A stretch of DNA of 64,000 nt, taken from assembly GCA_021432655.1 (NCBI GenBank), contig MU271202.1, positions 44,602 to 108,601 on the forward strand. Reading direction: 5' to 3'. The notes beneath the pieces are model-generated. The model was not told the origin of the DNA. It ran no database searches and saw only the letters and a list, made by a program, of their open reading frames with translations. Every line of letters starts with the position of its first letter. Position 1 is the first letter of the stretch. Origin of the DNA: Atractiella rhizophila. Lineage: Eukaryota. The position numbers and the translations under genes are program-made. Below are positions 37,397 to 51,181 of this stretch, piece after piece.

Positions 37397-39266
37397 GCGC
37401 TTGAGAAATGTATCATGACTGATGGGCTGGTAGGGCCAACACCGCCGATGGTGCAGTCTACACCGGTCCAAGTGTCCAAACCACTCAACAAGAAGGGGAC
37501 TCTCACAACTCTTCTGGAGTCTCGGGTGGGAAGCTCGTTGCTGCTGTACTCGTCCCCCTCCTAGTGTATGACTTTCCTTCTCAAAAGAAACACTGTTGAG
37601 AGTTTTGGAATACAGAGTGGGAGGGTTGATTGCGGGATATATCTTTTATTCCCGCAAGAAGGCAACAACTTCTCGCAAACGCTGGTCCCAAGTAATCGAC
37701 AATCGGATGTCCATGATCTCTTCTGCGAACTGGCAAGACGGAGCTCCACCGGGTACACCAGGTCGTCCGTCGATTGCAGGCTCTCGTCTTTCTTACGCCG
37801 GATCTCTTGCAGCCATTCAGGCAGCAGGAGGCGTCCCTCGTCCCTCAGTTGCATCGGCCTCCGCTCGTGGACCGTCTCACCTTCGAAATGGCAGCTATTT
37901 CGCGGATGGACGACCAAACTCTGTCTACTCCATGTCGGCCGGTCTCCCTCCGCCCAGTCCTAGCAAACTCAAGTTCGAGATGAGCGAGAACCGTGCACGG
38001 GATAGAACTTCGAAGATCTCATTCGCTAACTCTGTCAATAGCGGTAGCGGATATGGACATTCGCATTCTGCCAGCGTGTCGTCCAATAGGAAACCGTACT
38101 CCAATTCCAACCAGCATCCTCTCCCTGCAGATGCCGCCAAGCGAGTGTCCATGTACGCCAATAGCAACTTGTCCCCGCTGAAGACCCCGACAAAGGGACA
38201 TCATGCTACGTCCTCCGTCGCCAGTTCACTTAGGAACGATTTGAACGCGAACCCTGCTCTTGCTGTCATTATGGGACAAGACCTTCGTGCTGGTAGCTGG
38301 TACGAAAGCAACAACTCCAACGACGTCGAATCTATCGGTGGAAGCCCCAACGGAAAGGCCAAACCGCTCCCAACCCTCCAGAGCGATAACAGCATCATCT
38401 CAAAGTCATCTTACGCTTCTGACGACGATCTCGTCAAGAGCCCGGTTCTCGATATTGGTGGCAAGGGATTGGTCATGGGTATCGGCGTTGGAAAACCAGG
38501 AGTTAATCCAGATGATGCCATGAAGGCGTATGCGGACAAACAGAAAGCTATGGCTGCTGGTGGGAAACCGACGATGATGAAGAAGCAGAGCATGACCTTT
38601 AAGATGGAGGGAACGAAGACCAAGCTGAAGGGCCTTTTTGGCGGCAAGAACAAGGACGACGAGCCAGTTTCACAGTCTCACCCTCGCAGTCTGCCGCCTA
38701 CGGATGACGAAGATCCTTTCTCTCCCCCCACTTCGGCGCATCCTTTGATGTATTCCTCTTCACCCACCTCTGCCGCCTCTCCTCCTATCTACGCCAGATT
38801 CAACTCTTCCCAGCCGCAATCTCCACCAGCAATTGCCTCTCCTCCTACTCCCTCCAATCTACCTACCACTCCTTCCAATCTCGACGTTAGAGTGGATTCC
38901 TCTCCCAATCCATCCGCTAATCACTTGACCCCTAATCCCGGACTTGGTGTTGGGATGACCTTCACCCCTTCTATGCTTCAGCAGGCGACGCCACAGCCAT
39001 CTCCTCAACCTTCGCACTCTCCGTCCTCCCCATCTGTCGCTCTCCCTTCACCCAATCAACCTGTCACCTTGACTCCAGACGAACAGAACTATAGCAGAAA
39101 TCATGGTTTATATGGAGGAGTCACTGACTCTATCTATGGCGGCGTTGGAGACGAAGATGAGATGGTTGGGAAGATGAGGGGCAGCGTTTACACCGAGGGA
39201 AGTCGACTCTCATACGCGCCGGGCAAAGAAGGCGTCAGCAGCGATCCTATGCCGGAACGACGATGA
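36791..39266 (+). CDS. Single-pass membrane protein with an extracellular domain and a long disordered cytoplasmic tail (5' end uncertain)
   Basis: FISWSPSC...IDIYLY...RWWNAT ectodomain; TM GKLVAAVLVPLL/VGGLIAGYIFY; RKRWSQVIDNRMSMIS; 556-codon last ORF. Confidence 0.75.
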
Positions 39267-39736
39267 GCGTACAGAGCCTCACATCAGACGGGAGTCTCGC
39301 CTCCCTTATTCTCTCTCCAGATCAATTCTTTCGTTCCCACGTTTCGCTCGTTGATACCCACCTTCCCTGCTTGGGCTTGTCACATTATTAACAATTCCTT
39401 GTTACGATTGCGAATCGGTTCCCTTGATTGGAACAATAGCTCGCAGGTCTTGCTCTTGGGTTCTACATTCGGCTGAATAACTTTCTTCGAATTTATCTGT
39501 TCGGCCAAATTCCTTTTCCAGGTTGGCTGACTAGAGTCGGCACTTCCTTTAGTGATGTATTGTCCTTATCTCTTCTAGATAATTATCTTATTTGTTGAAT
39601 TTTTTCAGCCTTGTGTGCGGCTTGTTCTATTAAGACTTTGAAATTCATCCTTATCCTCAAACTCTGTGCCGCACACGAGTTACTCGAAAAGAACGTAATA
39701 TTTTGAACGACAGTACAAGCGCAAGGACAAAAAGTC

Positions 39737-41992
39737 TCAACAAGCTTTGATCCTAGTCCAGGATCGTCCACCGACAACTGGCTCTTCGTTTTGGACGAAA
39801 AACTTGGCTTCCCACAGGAAGTTATTGTGCACTACTTGATCTCCCTTCACATATACCGTTCCTGTGAACCATTGGGAGACCGCATCGCAAGATTGGACAG
39901 GAGCTGTCTTTGGAATCGGTCCAGAGGGGGGAAGCAAGTGACTGGAGGGTATGCCGTTGCGGACGTTGGCGAACTGAGATTGTGGATAGCTCAGGTGATT
40001 GAGAGAACTTTCCAAAGGTTGCAGTACGCTGTTCACACCGTTGACAATAGATGTGCTGGCCGTGGCAGAATCTCCACTGAGGTCCCAATACATCGATCCC
40101 AACAAACCTTGGTCCACGACATAGTTCGCCTTTGTGACAGCGTCATCCAATGAGTCGTAGGTTGCGATGGTAGGAGCAGCGAAAGAATATGTCCCTACGA
40201 CTGTATGGTTGACCACTGGCGTCGAACCTGACAAAGGCAAGAAGCGGTAGTTGTAAGCACCGTCTGGGAAGCTTCCGACTCCATTGAAAGGTCGATAAAT
40301 TCCCGTTGTTTCTGCAACTCATTGTCGGCAGTGAAGTCAATAAAACAAGTTTGGCCATACCTGTGAAGGTCCTGGCGCTGCAACAGACCCTTGATCAGCC
40401 TACGGTCTCTCAACTACGATGCAGAGCGTACTAGAGTGGCATGCCCATAACTATATGTTTTTTCAGGGCACCGAGTTGGTAATAAACCTGCAGTTGGTTG
40501 TGTGTGGATAGATTCGACGGTGTTGTTCCGAAGAGATTTGCCTGCAATCTGTTGTCACTCCCACTTGTGGTTGAAAGAGCAAGAGCTTACGTGATAGTCC
40601 GTGACATTGCTCCAAGACCTCAAGGAGTTGTGAACATCTATTCCTTCTAAACGGACGACTTACCCAGCATAGTCGTATGCCATGAGATTAAAGAAGTCCA
40701 TCGCATCCTGCATTTGAGGGATGTTCAAAAACTGATATCCTGTCGAAGTCGGGGAGACTGCAGCAGTAATCTGGTATGGGATTTGCTCTCCTTTGGCTGC
40801 AGCATGTGCGTCAAGGCTGTAGAATGGGATCGCAAGAGACTCAAAAATGGAAGAAGTGAATAGACACACCTAGATCGAAGCAGGGTAAGAGTGTCTGCAA
40901 ATGCCTGCCCTTCTTCAGCCGTAGCAGGAAATTCATAGTCAATGTCTCTGGAACACTTTGCTTTAGCATTATCCGACGGAAAACCATCATAACTCACATG
41001 CCATCGAATCTACAGACTGACCATCATCGATCGTACAGTATTTTTTCAAATCTCTTACCCGTAATCTTCCAGCGCCGTGACACAAGAGCTCACGAAATTG
41101 TTTCGAAGAACAGGATCAAGCATAATCTTCATGTGGCCTAACAACTCTTCAGTTCCTCTTAGACTTCCTGGGAGTGTTGCTTACCGTTTTGTCCAGCAGT
41201 CCAACCTCCAACAGATAGAAGTGTTTTCAACTGACGGTGCTGCTTTTTGAGCAGGTATAGCTGTTTCAGATTACCGTATAGATTATTCCCAACCTGAAAA
41301 GGATCAGGCGAAATTTCAAGCTTTGCAAAGATCCAACCTGGACAACGTCGCCAGCATAGCGTGCTTGCCTAATCAGCAACCGTGCTGTCAGAACAACGCT
41401 CGTCTAAGAGAAATATTACACACGTATCAGCATAACTATCTGTCAAAGTTACAAGCCCAGTCGTTACATCTGTATCTACAAACTGTTTCTGTCGCGTGAA
41501 ATTTTATTAGTCCGTAAAAGGAGGAGCTTACAGCGTAGATTATATGAGAGAGCTTTGTTGCTGGAATGTTGGAGATGTTATATCCATTCGGGTAGCCATT
41601 CTCAGGCTTAGCATAAATCATCCCTATGCAATGCATGATACCAGCATCACACGATTACAATAGGAAACTCACAATTTGGAAAGTATCCCACTGCAAAATT
41701 AGTCAGAGCGCTTCTGAGAAAGAAACAGGTTTTCACGTACCTTGAACATACCCACTGGCTAACGCTGTTGTTCTGGTCGTTTTCCTCGACGCTTTCCGAA
41801 GTGTCGTCGTATAATTGAATCTGTGAATTCCGTTAGTCCTGATAGCATGGTGGATTTCCCTCGCCTTGGGGCTATAGGGTATGGTTGTGCAACACCGTAG
41901 TCTTTTGGCCGATCCATGATGGGTGTCGCATTCGTAAACTGGAAGCTCATGAGGGCAAGCAGAGCACCACATATCGTTAGGAAGGCGACCAT
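39737..41992 (-). CDS. GH18 chitinase with a C-terminal CBM5/12-type chitin-binding domain
   Basis: Signal peptide; [10 protein letters not shown]; spliced GFDGIDIDYEFP (DxxDxDxE); [20 protein letters not shown]-terminal [18 protein letters not shown]. Confidence 0.93.
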
Positions 41993-42692
41993 CGCGACTG
42001 GAGTGTGCGGCTTGAGCGTGCAATGAGGTAAATGGCATCACACAGGAGATGGGAACGTGTATAAGAAGGGGTGGTCATCATGCAACCAAGTCCGGACATC
42101 AAGCTACCCACCGCGAATCCTCTAGCTACGCATGCGCCCCGGACAGACATATAGCTTCGAAGGTAAACAAGAGGCATTTACACGCGGTAGATGAAGTTTG
42201 AGATTTGAAAACTCCAAGAATGCCTCAAGTCCGAAGTACACTCCTACCTCGGACCGTGGACACACACAAGACTCTCATTGTCACACTACGGTAAACTGGC
42301 CGTAAAGAAGGCTTCAGATTCGCGAAAACTAGAAAAGTGAGCACAGTGAGTAACATCGGATCTGGTGCACCGTGGCAACTCCACTTTCATACAGGAGTAC
42401 CTGCAGCTTTGAGCTTTCCCATTGTGTCTCGGGCTATATTGTCTTGCCTGTGCTGCACGCAGCCTTGCTGCCATGCCGAGCGAAACATTCTTTGAACGAA
42501 TGCGCAACTTTCTGTTAGGAAGCAGTTCTATTCTTTGGCACGTCAGCATGAGCGATCAGGTTGAGAATCAAAGGGACCAATGTCGGTAAGGTGGCGCAGT
42601 TCCTAGGCTCGTTAGGTTCACGGAAAGAATCAGGATGCATAGTTCAGCTTCTATTTCCTGAACAAAGTCTTCGAATGGACCTCCCAACTCCT

Positions 42693-45600
42693 TCATGAGC
42701 TGGGCAGGCAGTGTTCACTGTCAACGTCGCTATTTCCCCACCCTTTACCGCGGTCAGGAATGGGTTGAAAGGTGTAAGTAAAGAGCGCACAAGTCCAGAA
42801 TTCACCAATTCCGAAAATGTAGATGACCTTTGAACGAGTACTGAGTTAACTTGAAAGATCTATATAGGGTGATAAAGACTCACGAGAGCGTTGACTGATG
42901 TTCCAGCATCCTGGAAGATTTAAGGACGAGTAAGCTCTGAGAGAGTGGAAATTAGCTTACAAGCGCTGCCGAGAGAACATAATCTGCTTCAACATCAGTA
43001 AAACTGAATGATTGCAGCAGGATATGCCTACTGTACTTGTCAAACCATTCCTTTCGTCGCGTTCTAGCCCACCACTGACTTGCAAAGCTGGTGATTAGCC
43101 CTGGCAATATCACGTTCGCAGGGATTTGCGGTGGGGCTATCATCCCGTGCAGGAAGACGGGGACTGAAATATTGTCAAATCCGATGTCAGGATATCGCTT
43201 GTGCAAAAGGTATGGGATGACTGGTAGAGCAAGTCCAATGGGGAAGCCATAATAGAGCACTTGATATTGGCCGGCAAAGAATCGCGCTGGTCCAACTGTG
43301 CAACGCTGAGCTCCATCATAAGCAGAGAAGATAGAAAGCGGACTGAGCCCCCAAATTACTGAAGCACTGTAGAATATTCCAGCCGAACGGCCCGTCCATT
43401 GACCTATTGACTAGATCAGACGAAGAACATGCTGGAAATGCCAGACATACCGGTGGGATCAATTCTCGTACCGTCCAAATACTCCCGTTTGCTCTCTATT
43501 ACACCTTTGATCAGGATGTAGTTCACGATGCTGCCTAAACCTGTGCCCAGGGTTTGGCATAAAAACATCGCCCGTGGCGGAATCTGATAATGTTTATACC
43601 TGAGGATGAAACAATTACAACAGGGATAATAGCCTACCTTCATGTACAGTGCAAGTTTAAGGTCAGACACCTGATCAACTTTCAGCAAAACCTCTTCTGT
43701 CGAGACAGGAGAGCAAACCAAATCAAGACATTGGCCCATTGTCATGTATCCATAGACTTTGAAAGTAACGTTTCCAATGGGTCTTCCTGGTGTTTTGGTC
43801 AGAGCTAGCTTATAAACATAAATAACAACCTGGGAGGATAAAGCCACAAACAAATTCGGTGATGACATTGAGACCTGTTCTACGTTCAGCGTCTGCAAGG
43901 AAGATAAGATCCAAACAAACCGATAGTCTGATTTGTTATTGCAGCTCTTTATCCTTTGTAAGCTTTGTCAAATCAGAATAAAAGGAGAAGACAAACATGA
44001 TTCCACACGGAACCAGGAAGAAGAGCGCAATACAGAGAGAAAGATACAATCCCCATAGAGGGAGTTGTAAATTATATCTGTTATCCACATTAGTATCTTT
44101 GAGACTTGAAATAGAGACCAAAAACAAACCTCAACACTAAGAAAGAGGCGGCAAGGACCATTGATCCTCCCAAGATACCGTACCATTTGCCCGGCACACT
44201 CTCGTAATTCCTCTCCAACATCTTCACGTGAGGGTCCTTCCACTGCGTTCTACCTTGCATCGTTTCCGAGATATCTCTCCAATTCCACAGCGCCACGCTG
44301 GCGATTGCACTCGTCAAAATAGCGAAACTTATTCCATAGCTGACTGCAAAGCTCGGAGTGAGTATTAGAGGCTTCGCTTCCAACCAAGCTGTCTCATTTA
44401 GCTGTAACGTCTCGGGAATCGTCACGCTAGAAACGCTGAACGGCTCAAAGTTGGAGTTGTACAATGCGGCAGAGATGGGGCGGGTGAAGCGTTGGGCTTC
44501 CCAGATAGAGAAGAAGTAGATGATCGGTTGGATCAGCCAGAGGTTGAACGCAAAACCGCCGAAGTAGCAAAGTTGCGCGAAGAGTGGCGTGTATAGCGAG
44601 CCAGCGGCTCCAATCACCTGCAAATTTGTTCAGGAAGGAAATAAAGCCCTAAGAATAGGAAAAAATTTACTGTCCAGTCCAAAGAAAAATCAAGAAGCCC
44701 AAAACCCTCGTAACCGGATCCCAGTATTCGAATAAGTGAGGTTTTCACGGGTGATACGATGCAAATGAGCGCGATGGAGCTAATGAGTGCCAATCTAGGT
44801 GTCAATTGACCAGAGTGTAATGGACTAATTATCGTACCTTAGGGTGGGCATGATGACAGCGGGAACAAACTGCCAAATAAAAATGCCTATGAAGCACAGT
44901 GTGAAGAATCGCATACGATCCCCCGTCAAATTCGCCATCCCAGCCGATTTTGATTCGTTGCCATGAAGTGTCTCATAGAGTGTGACGACTACGAGACTGC
45001 TCGGCCAGACCCTACACGACCCTGTTAGTCTTCATTGTAGCTCATGGAGATGTCGAAGAACCCGAACATAGCGGTTGGTTTAACGAGCAGTCGTTCCTTC
45101 AGTCATCATTTCTTAGATGACCAGATCGGATCTAAGAATGAAACGAACTGCGTACAAGGAGGCCAGCTAGTCCAAATCCAATGAGTTGTGAAGTGAGCAG
45201 CAGCAACAAGCCACCGAAGAAGGGAAGTTCTCTGTGATAGTAGAGAGATTGAATAGCAATTATGTCGCCTGTTGAATACTTAATACGTGTACCAGATAAT
45301 GGGGGTAATACGAGAGACGGACCAGCATAGGCTGAGCTAGAGCCGCTTGAAGCAATTACACCGACTTGTCACATTGCGTACTGGTCAGCGTCTCATTAGT
45401 CTCAGAAGATAGCAAAGCATACTGAGGAGGTGCTCTTTTTTGTTGAAAGGACCTTTTAGAACTTTAGTGCTATGAGATTGTGAGGTGAATGAGGACAAAG
45501 TACCTGGATTAAGCGAGAAGCGAAAGATCCCTAGTGGTCCAAGGGATATTTTTATTATTCGAGTTGGTAAAATTTTCGCCATCCATTTCCCAATAATATA

Positions 45601-46209
45601 GCTGATGAGTATAATGAAGAACGCTGAGAATGACCTATCCGGGCGTTCGGGTTTAGCTCTTCGCACATTAGGTATATAGATGGACTTTACGGGGCGTTTG
45701 ACTCTGCAACAGTTAGCTCAGCGGTCACCAATCGTCCTTGGTCTAGAGAAAATCTCACTGAAATAAAAGAGTTGTGAAATTGCAGAACCTGCGCTATATC
45801 CTATTAATAGGTGTAAGTGAGCGAAAATGGTTTCGCACCTATTGTACACAGGATACATCCAAGCGAAAATGTCCGGAAAGTTAAACAAGGAAGAGAAGGG
45901 TCGTCGTCCAGCGGTACCGCCTTCAACGTACAAATCCTCAACACCTCTGGCAATCCCCAGTAAGTGCAGTAAGCGTACCTCCTTTACAGTTTCCCATGCC
46001 TTCCTCGTCCTCTCATCTACCCCTCGCATATCCTGCTCCTCATCCAATAAGTCCTCTTCTGAGTCCTGCAGAGAATCGCTATCGTCTGCTTTCTCGTCAT
46101 CGCCAACGCTTCGTAGAGGTATGCCTTCAGACGGATTGTCCAGTTCATCCAGGGACACCGCCGAGCTGGACGTTGGTATTGGGCGGTAGGACGCCGTGGA
46201 GCGCGACAT
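42693..46209 (-). CDS. OPT-family oligopeptide transporter
   Basis: GPFNKKEH; GLLDFSLDW; DPHVKMLERNYESVPGKWY; PGRPIGNVTFKVYG; DLKLALYMK/IPPRAMF; GPARFF; C-terminal WGNSDVDSEHC. Many short exons. Confidence 0.92.
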
Positions 46210-49144
46210 CTGCCACTATGCACCCCTGGCAGAGAAAATGCAAATAATGGCAGAAGAATAGAATTCCTGTGCCTTTATATGGAGCTGCTACGGCCAAGGG
46301 CTGGCCAAGACACGGTTGCTGGCGTCGTCGCTTAATGTCGCGCGTCGTCGCAATCAGTCACGGCCACCAAGGACGACGGAGTGGCACGGAAGGTAGGTGT
46401 TAGGTTGGTAATTGGGCTTGGAAGCATCAGAAGCAAAGCCAGAAGAAGGGTAGATGGCGCCGGTGAGTGCTTGGGTGTTGAGCTGTATTAGAAGTACTTT
46501 GCTTGCTGTTCCCAAATCCTCAACTGCGTACACGGTTACGAGGCTGCTTGAGTGAAAAGTAATAGTCTACTTCGTATGGACTGTAGCATATGGCTAACTC
46601 GTTGTTGATTTATCTGTGAATATGGAGTGTGCCGCTTATTATGGTCAGGGTCATGATTGGGCTGGAGCCCATTTAAACGTCCATCCGCCGTGTGGGTTGG
46701 TAGTCTGTTGCTTCTTCACATTTTGCCCAGTCTTTAATCGCATCGGTACCATCTTATATGTTTACATGAACTAACAGATGGTACCGTACTAGGCGTCGTT
46801 GCAGGTTGAGAGTGGAGTTTGCGTCCAAGCTTTTTTCCATCGGTTCGACACATCTCGGCTTCATAGTCTACAATAACCTAACGTTTCATTCTTCCTGATC
46901 TCTGGATAGATACAAGTCTACATTACACAACGCTTCGTCAAGCCTTTCCGTTTTCTGATCGTGATCATGATGTTCGAGTGATCCTCCTCTTTGCTTGCCA
47001 AAGAGCGCACAATTTCTTCAAAGGGTCTGCCTCAATGGAATTTCTGAATGCGCAAGTGAGGACGTGATTGAAAACTGATCCATAATTCACCAGCAGCAAT
47101 CAGCTTCTGATGAAAAAACAGTGGTGGCGCACTTTCTGAATATGTCTTCCCTCCAGTATTTGTCCTGAAGCTCCAGGTGCAGGGATCTGGGCATGCTTGA
47201 CCTGCTGCAACTTGTTATATCCCAGTCCTCAGAGTAATATGAAGACGCCACCTTGCAGCCATGTCAATGGATGAGAGTCCACAGAAGGCAGAATCTCGTT
47301 TCCGTCATCATCGAGTACGAGGTGGTATGTCTGAGCAGGGAAGTTGACACATGTTTCCCACACAGGGACCGAACTGCATTCCCGCCTTGTTGAGCTTTCT
47401 TCACAGAAACGCGACCACACAGGAATAGATTAACCCGTAAAGGAGAAGCCATTCATCGCTAACAGGGCAATCGAGCTCTCTAAGGAAGTGAAAGTTCCTG
47501 CTTGCGCTGTTCATTGTTACTGGAACTCAGTGGCCTTTGCGTTATGCGTTTACCTTTTCGATTTCGCTATTTTCTATCTGGCGGCGCGCAAGGGTGAAAA
47601 AGTTAGAGGTGCTCGCCTCTGTTCATCGTGACTGTCATAAGGGGCTTCAGCAGTGGTGTATGTTCCTTCTCATTCTTTACCACAACCAGTTCTTCGGTAG
47701 GTCTCTCCTCACCGCGAAGTCTAGGTCAACTTTGCGTATAAGATTAGAAATAAATTCTCTGATGATCCAAGAGTTTCCTGTGACTAGTTTCTCGCGCCTT
47801 AGTGAGGACTTTCTATCACCCCATTGTCACAGATAGAGAAAACTGGAGCAACTGCATCGAACTTCGTCTCCTACCGAAACAAAAGAGGAATGATCTGGAG
47901 CTGTTCTGCTCAAGTTGTTCCTCAGAGCCTACATTGTTGCCTAACCTACTGCACTCTGCTCTTAGTTACGGTGAAAGGAGCTTTTGGGAGTTTCTGGACT
48001 GCCTTGAAGCAATTAGTCTAGATGCTTATCCTTCTCCTGATTGTGAGGGAACTCGATTCACTCTTTCTCTCCTTGACCTCAGGGCTCTGTTCTTCCCTCG
48101 CTTCGCTATCGGGGTTACGAAAGAACAGGGAAAGAAGTCTTCGCGGAGACTTGAACCTGGATGCGTCCAAGAGGAACATCCTTCAAGTTGAGCCATCTCA
48201 GTGTTCTCAACTGTGATGGTCCGTAGAATATTCTTAGTGCCCCCACTCCTTTGAGAGCTGCGGGTCCCTCGGGAGGGACCGTGGACGTGCGTTCAAGCGC
48301 TGAATCTTTCACGTCCGTGCGGGAGAGGGGACTCGGAAGTGGTATGGACGTGGTCGCCAGAGTCTGTATTCCATTCATCATCCAAGTTTCCTTCATACTT
48401 TTCCAGTTCGCGCTACCTATCTAGAGTGATTACCAGGGAAGTCTTGCACACCATGCAGTGGACAAACCTGTTCTCGTAGCTGAACAAGAATGCATTGTGC
48501 AACGATTAACAGGCACTGTCTGCACCCAGACAGCATTGGGCGAGACATTTGTTTATATACAATATCAGGCATATTCAACAAGCAAGAAGATCCAAACGTA
48601 GAGTAAAAGATAAAAAGCAAAGGTGATTAGGTGTTGAAAGTGAACTAGGAAATCCAAACCAATTCAGAGACCAAACCGAAAAGCCGAATCATTCTATGTA
48701 CCGTTGTGGATTACTGAAGCGATCCAGGGAAGCTCTATTGTTATGAGAGAGAAGACGAGACCATCGTAGAATTTACAGTGCAAATTGGAGAGGCTGAGTC
48801 TGTGACCGGAACATTGAACCGTTTGCCCCCTGTGGAGGGAGGTGTATCTCAGCCGGATTGATGTACGGATAGGAACGACGATGGTTTCTGAAGCCCGATA
48901 GGACTTAAATTGCTCGTTCTTGGATGTCGAAATCGGATGTAAACGGAAAGATTGTCGAAAATGAGACAATGTGGAGCGACGGAGCCGTAAACATCGAACT
49001 GATATATTGTAAATGATGAGACGGGACCGGAAGAGTGAACTGATTGCTGATTGAGACGGTGATACGGAGAATAAGTCATCGTTGCCGATTAGGAAGACGA
49101 TAAGTAGGAAGGAGTAACGATACGGAGGGGAAAGAGCTCAGGAA

Positions 49145-50421
49145 CTAGCTGCCAGGGCCAGGGCCACGAGACCTTGGACGAGATCGAGCGGGCGATCCTC
49201 TTCTTCCACTCCCACGAGGAGTGGAGCCTCGAGATCGGGAGCTTGTAGGAGAAGCAGTTCCAGTGTGAGTCGGGAATTGCGCAGGAGGAGCAAAATCAGT
49301 CTGAGGTGGATTTTCCCAAGGCGGAATCGATACCCGAACCCCTTGAGAAAGCAAACGACGCGTTAATGGAGTCGCGATAACTATGACAGAGGTTCGTGAA
49401 TCAGCAGATCCACAGGAAATGGGACTTACCATCTCGACCAGCCGCCCCAGGGTAGCGCGGATCAACTTGATCTCCGATCAGTGGATACACTTCAAAGACT
49501 TCCGACATTGTGCTCGCAAGGCTAGGCGCTCCGCTCCATCTGCAAAAAGATCAATTTATGCAAGCGAGAAAAGAAAGGACAAACGCTTCAAGCAGCGTGA
49601 ATCGCAGTCGAAATCGACCAGGGACACGGACCGCCAGATCGGGCCAGACAAAATAAAGCGTTTGATCTCCACTCGATTCGTTTAATCTGTAAAGACTGCT
49701 CACGAGGCCGCCAACAAGACTTGTCCAACGTTGAGTGGAGGAGACTGATGTTTGTTCCAACGCTACCAGGTCTGTTTCTCCATCTTCTGATACCAGAGCG
49801 AGATTACAGATGAGGTAATCAAGATCCGCTTGCCTGCAAGCACTGTTGTGAGCGCCATTTCTGAAATGAGAGTATAATGCTCACGTCTCTTCGCCAGAAG
49901 CTCCTTCGCGGACGACGAGTTGGATCACAGGAGCTGGAGCAATGGGTAGACGGCCCAAGGGTGGAACTGAAAAACCAGCTTCAGAACCAGACTGAGGCTG
50001 TTGAACGACCCGAAATTCAAAGGTCCTTCGGAATTATGAGCCCTAAATTAGATGAATCGGGAATGACGCACAAGTTCCTTTGACTAGCCAGGGTAGCCGG
50101 GGGTGGGGTTGGAGGTTGGGCGGCTATCGCGGAAGGTCTTCCCCTTTCATTTTCTTGCTGATCCACTTGCTCACCTTCTCCTTCTACGGTCAATCTCGCG
50201 GGACGTGGTCTCTGTCGTCCTTGAGTGGACACGCTGGCATAGGGACCCTGAGCCTGAGATGTTCTGCGTTGCTGTCTTCGCTCAGCTGTCGGAGAAGATC
50301 TCGAAACCAATTCCCTCGATGGCTCCTCTTCCTCGTCGACTTCGACTCCTGACGAAGCTTCGCCATGCTCTTGTGAGGCATGGCTGGTGGAAGCTGAAGG
50401 TTCGTACGGCTGATTAGACAT
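49145..50421 (-). CDS. Velvet-domain regulatory protein
   Basis: QPQSGSEAGF...GRLPIAPAPVIQLVV; LVGGLVSSLYRL...YFVWPDLAVRVPGRFRLRFTL; SEVFEVY; TPLTRRLLSQGVR. The C-terminal end is inferred. Confidence 0.85.
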
Positions 50422-51181
50422 ATTGTTCGCTCTTTAAATGAATTCCAAAGCTTCTTCGGACCTCGTTGACCCCTTTTGAAAGGTTTCAAGTTTATGTACG
50501 GCAACGGGAACTGAGTGAAGGCGTCTCAGTCCCTTACAGTGGACTGATTGATCCCTGATTGACCCCCGAGGCAAACAAAAGGGAGGTATTTGCGGCTATC
50601 AGCTGATGTAAATATTTGTCGGATAAAATGGGAGCGAAGACGGAGGTGAGATTAGGAATTGAAATCGCGAGATCCAGCATGAGGTTATCGTCTATGCAAG
50701 AAGCAGAGGGATGCCTGACAGAGATTCGGCCTCGATGTTTCAAGGGACGATTTGCGCGTCGTTGGTATCGAAATCATTGGCGGAAGGTATCCATCTGTTG
50801 CACCGATGCAAGAATCAATAGGTGATGATGGTGGTTCGGGAAGTAGGAAGTTGTGTGAAGGCTAAAGTAACGGCGCTTGCCAGATGTCTTCGAGACTGGC
50901 CAAGCGTCGTCAACTATTCAACAAGGGTCTGAGCGCCTGAGCCACGTCCTTGAGGTTTTGAGACAAACTCCTGGGACAGAGTTCTTTTCTTTTCTTTGCA
51001 TGCAAAGGTTTCGGCGGGGCCACATGATCTAGCGAGATAGAGGCGTAATTTCCGGCCGGAGCTAAAATTAAAAGCAAATTTCAAGCGATCTTGCAGTCTA
51101 AACCAATCCTAAAACTTCTGTGGAGTGGCTACAGTAATGGCATTACGAGGGTCTACATGCGAAACGATGGTCTGTGGAACC

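Noticed and set aside
41759..41761. Apparent premature stop in chitinase 1
   Set aside because: Out of frame once the GC-AG intron at 41864-41821 is removed.
46300..48700. Several 60-130 aa ORFs on both strands between OPT and velvet
   Set aside because: No recognisable motifs and no consistent splice model could be built. It may be a decayed gene or UTR.
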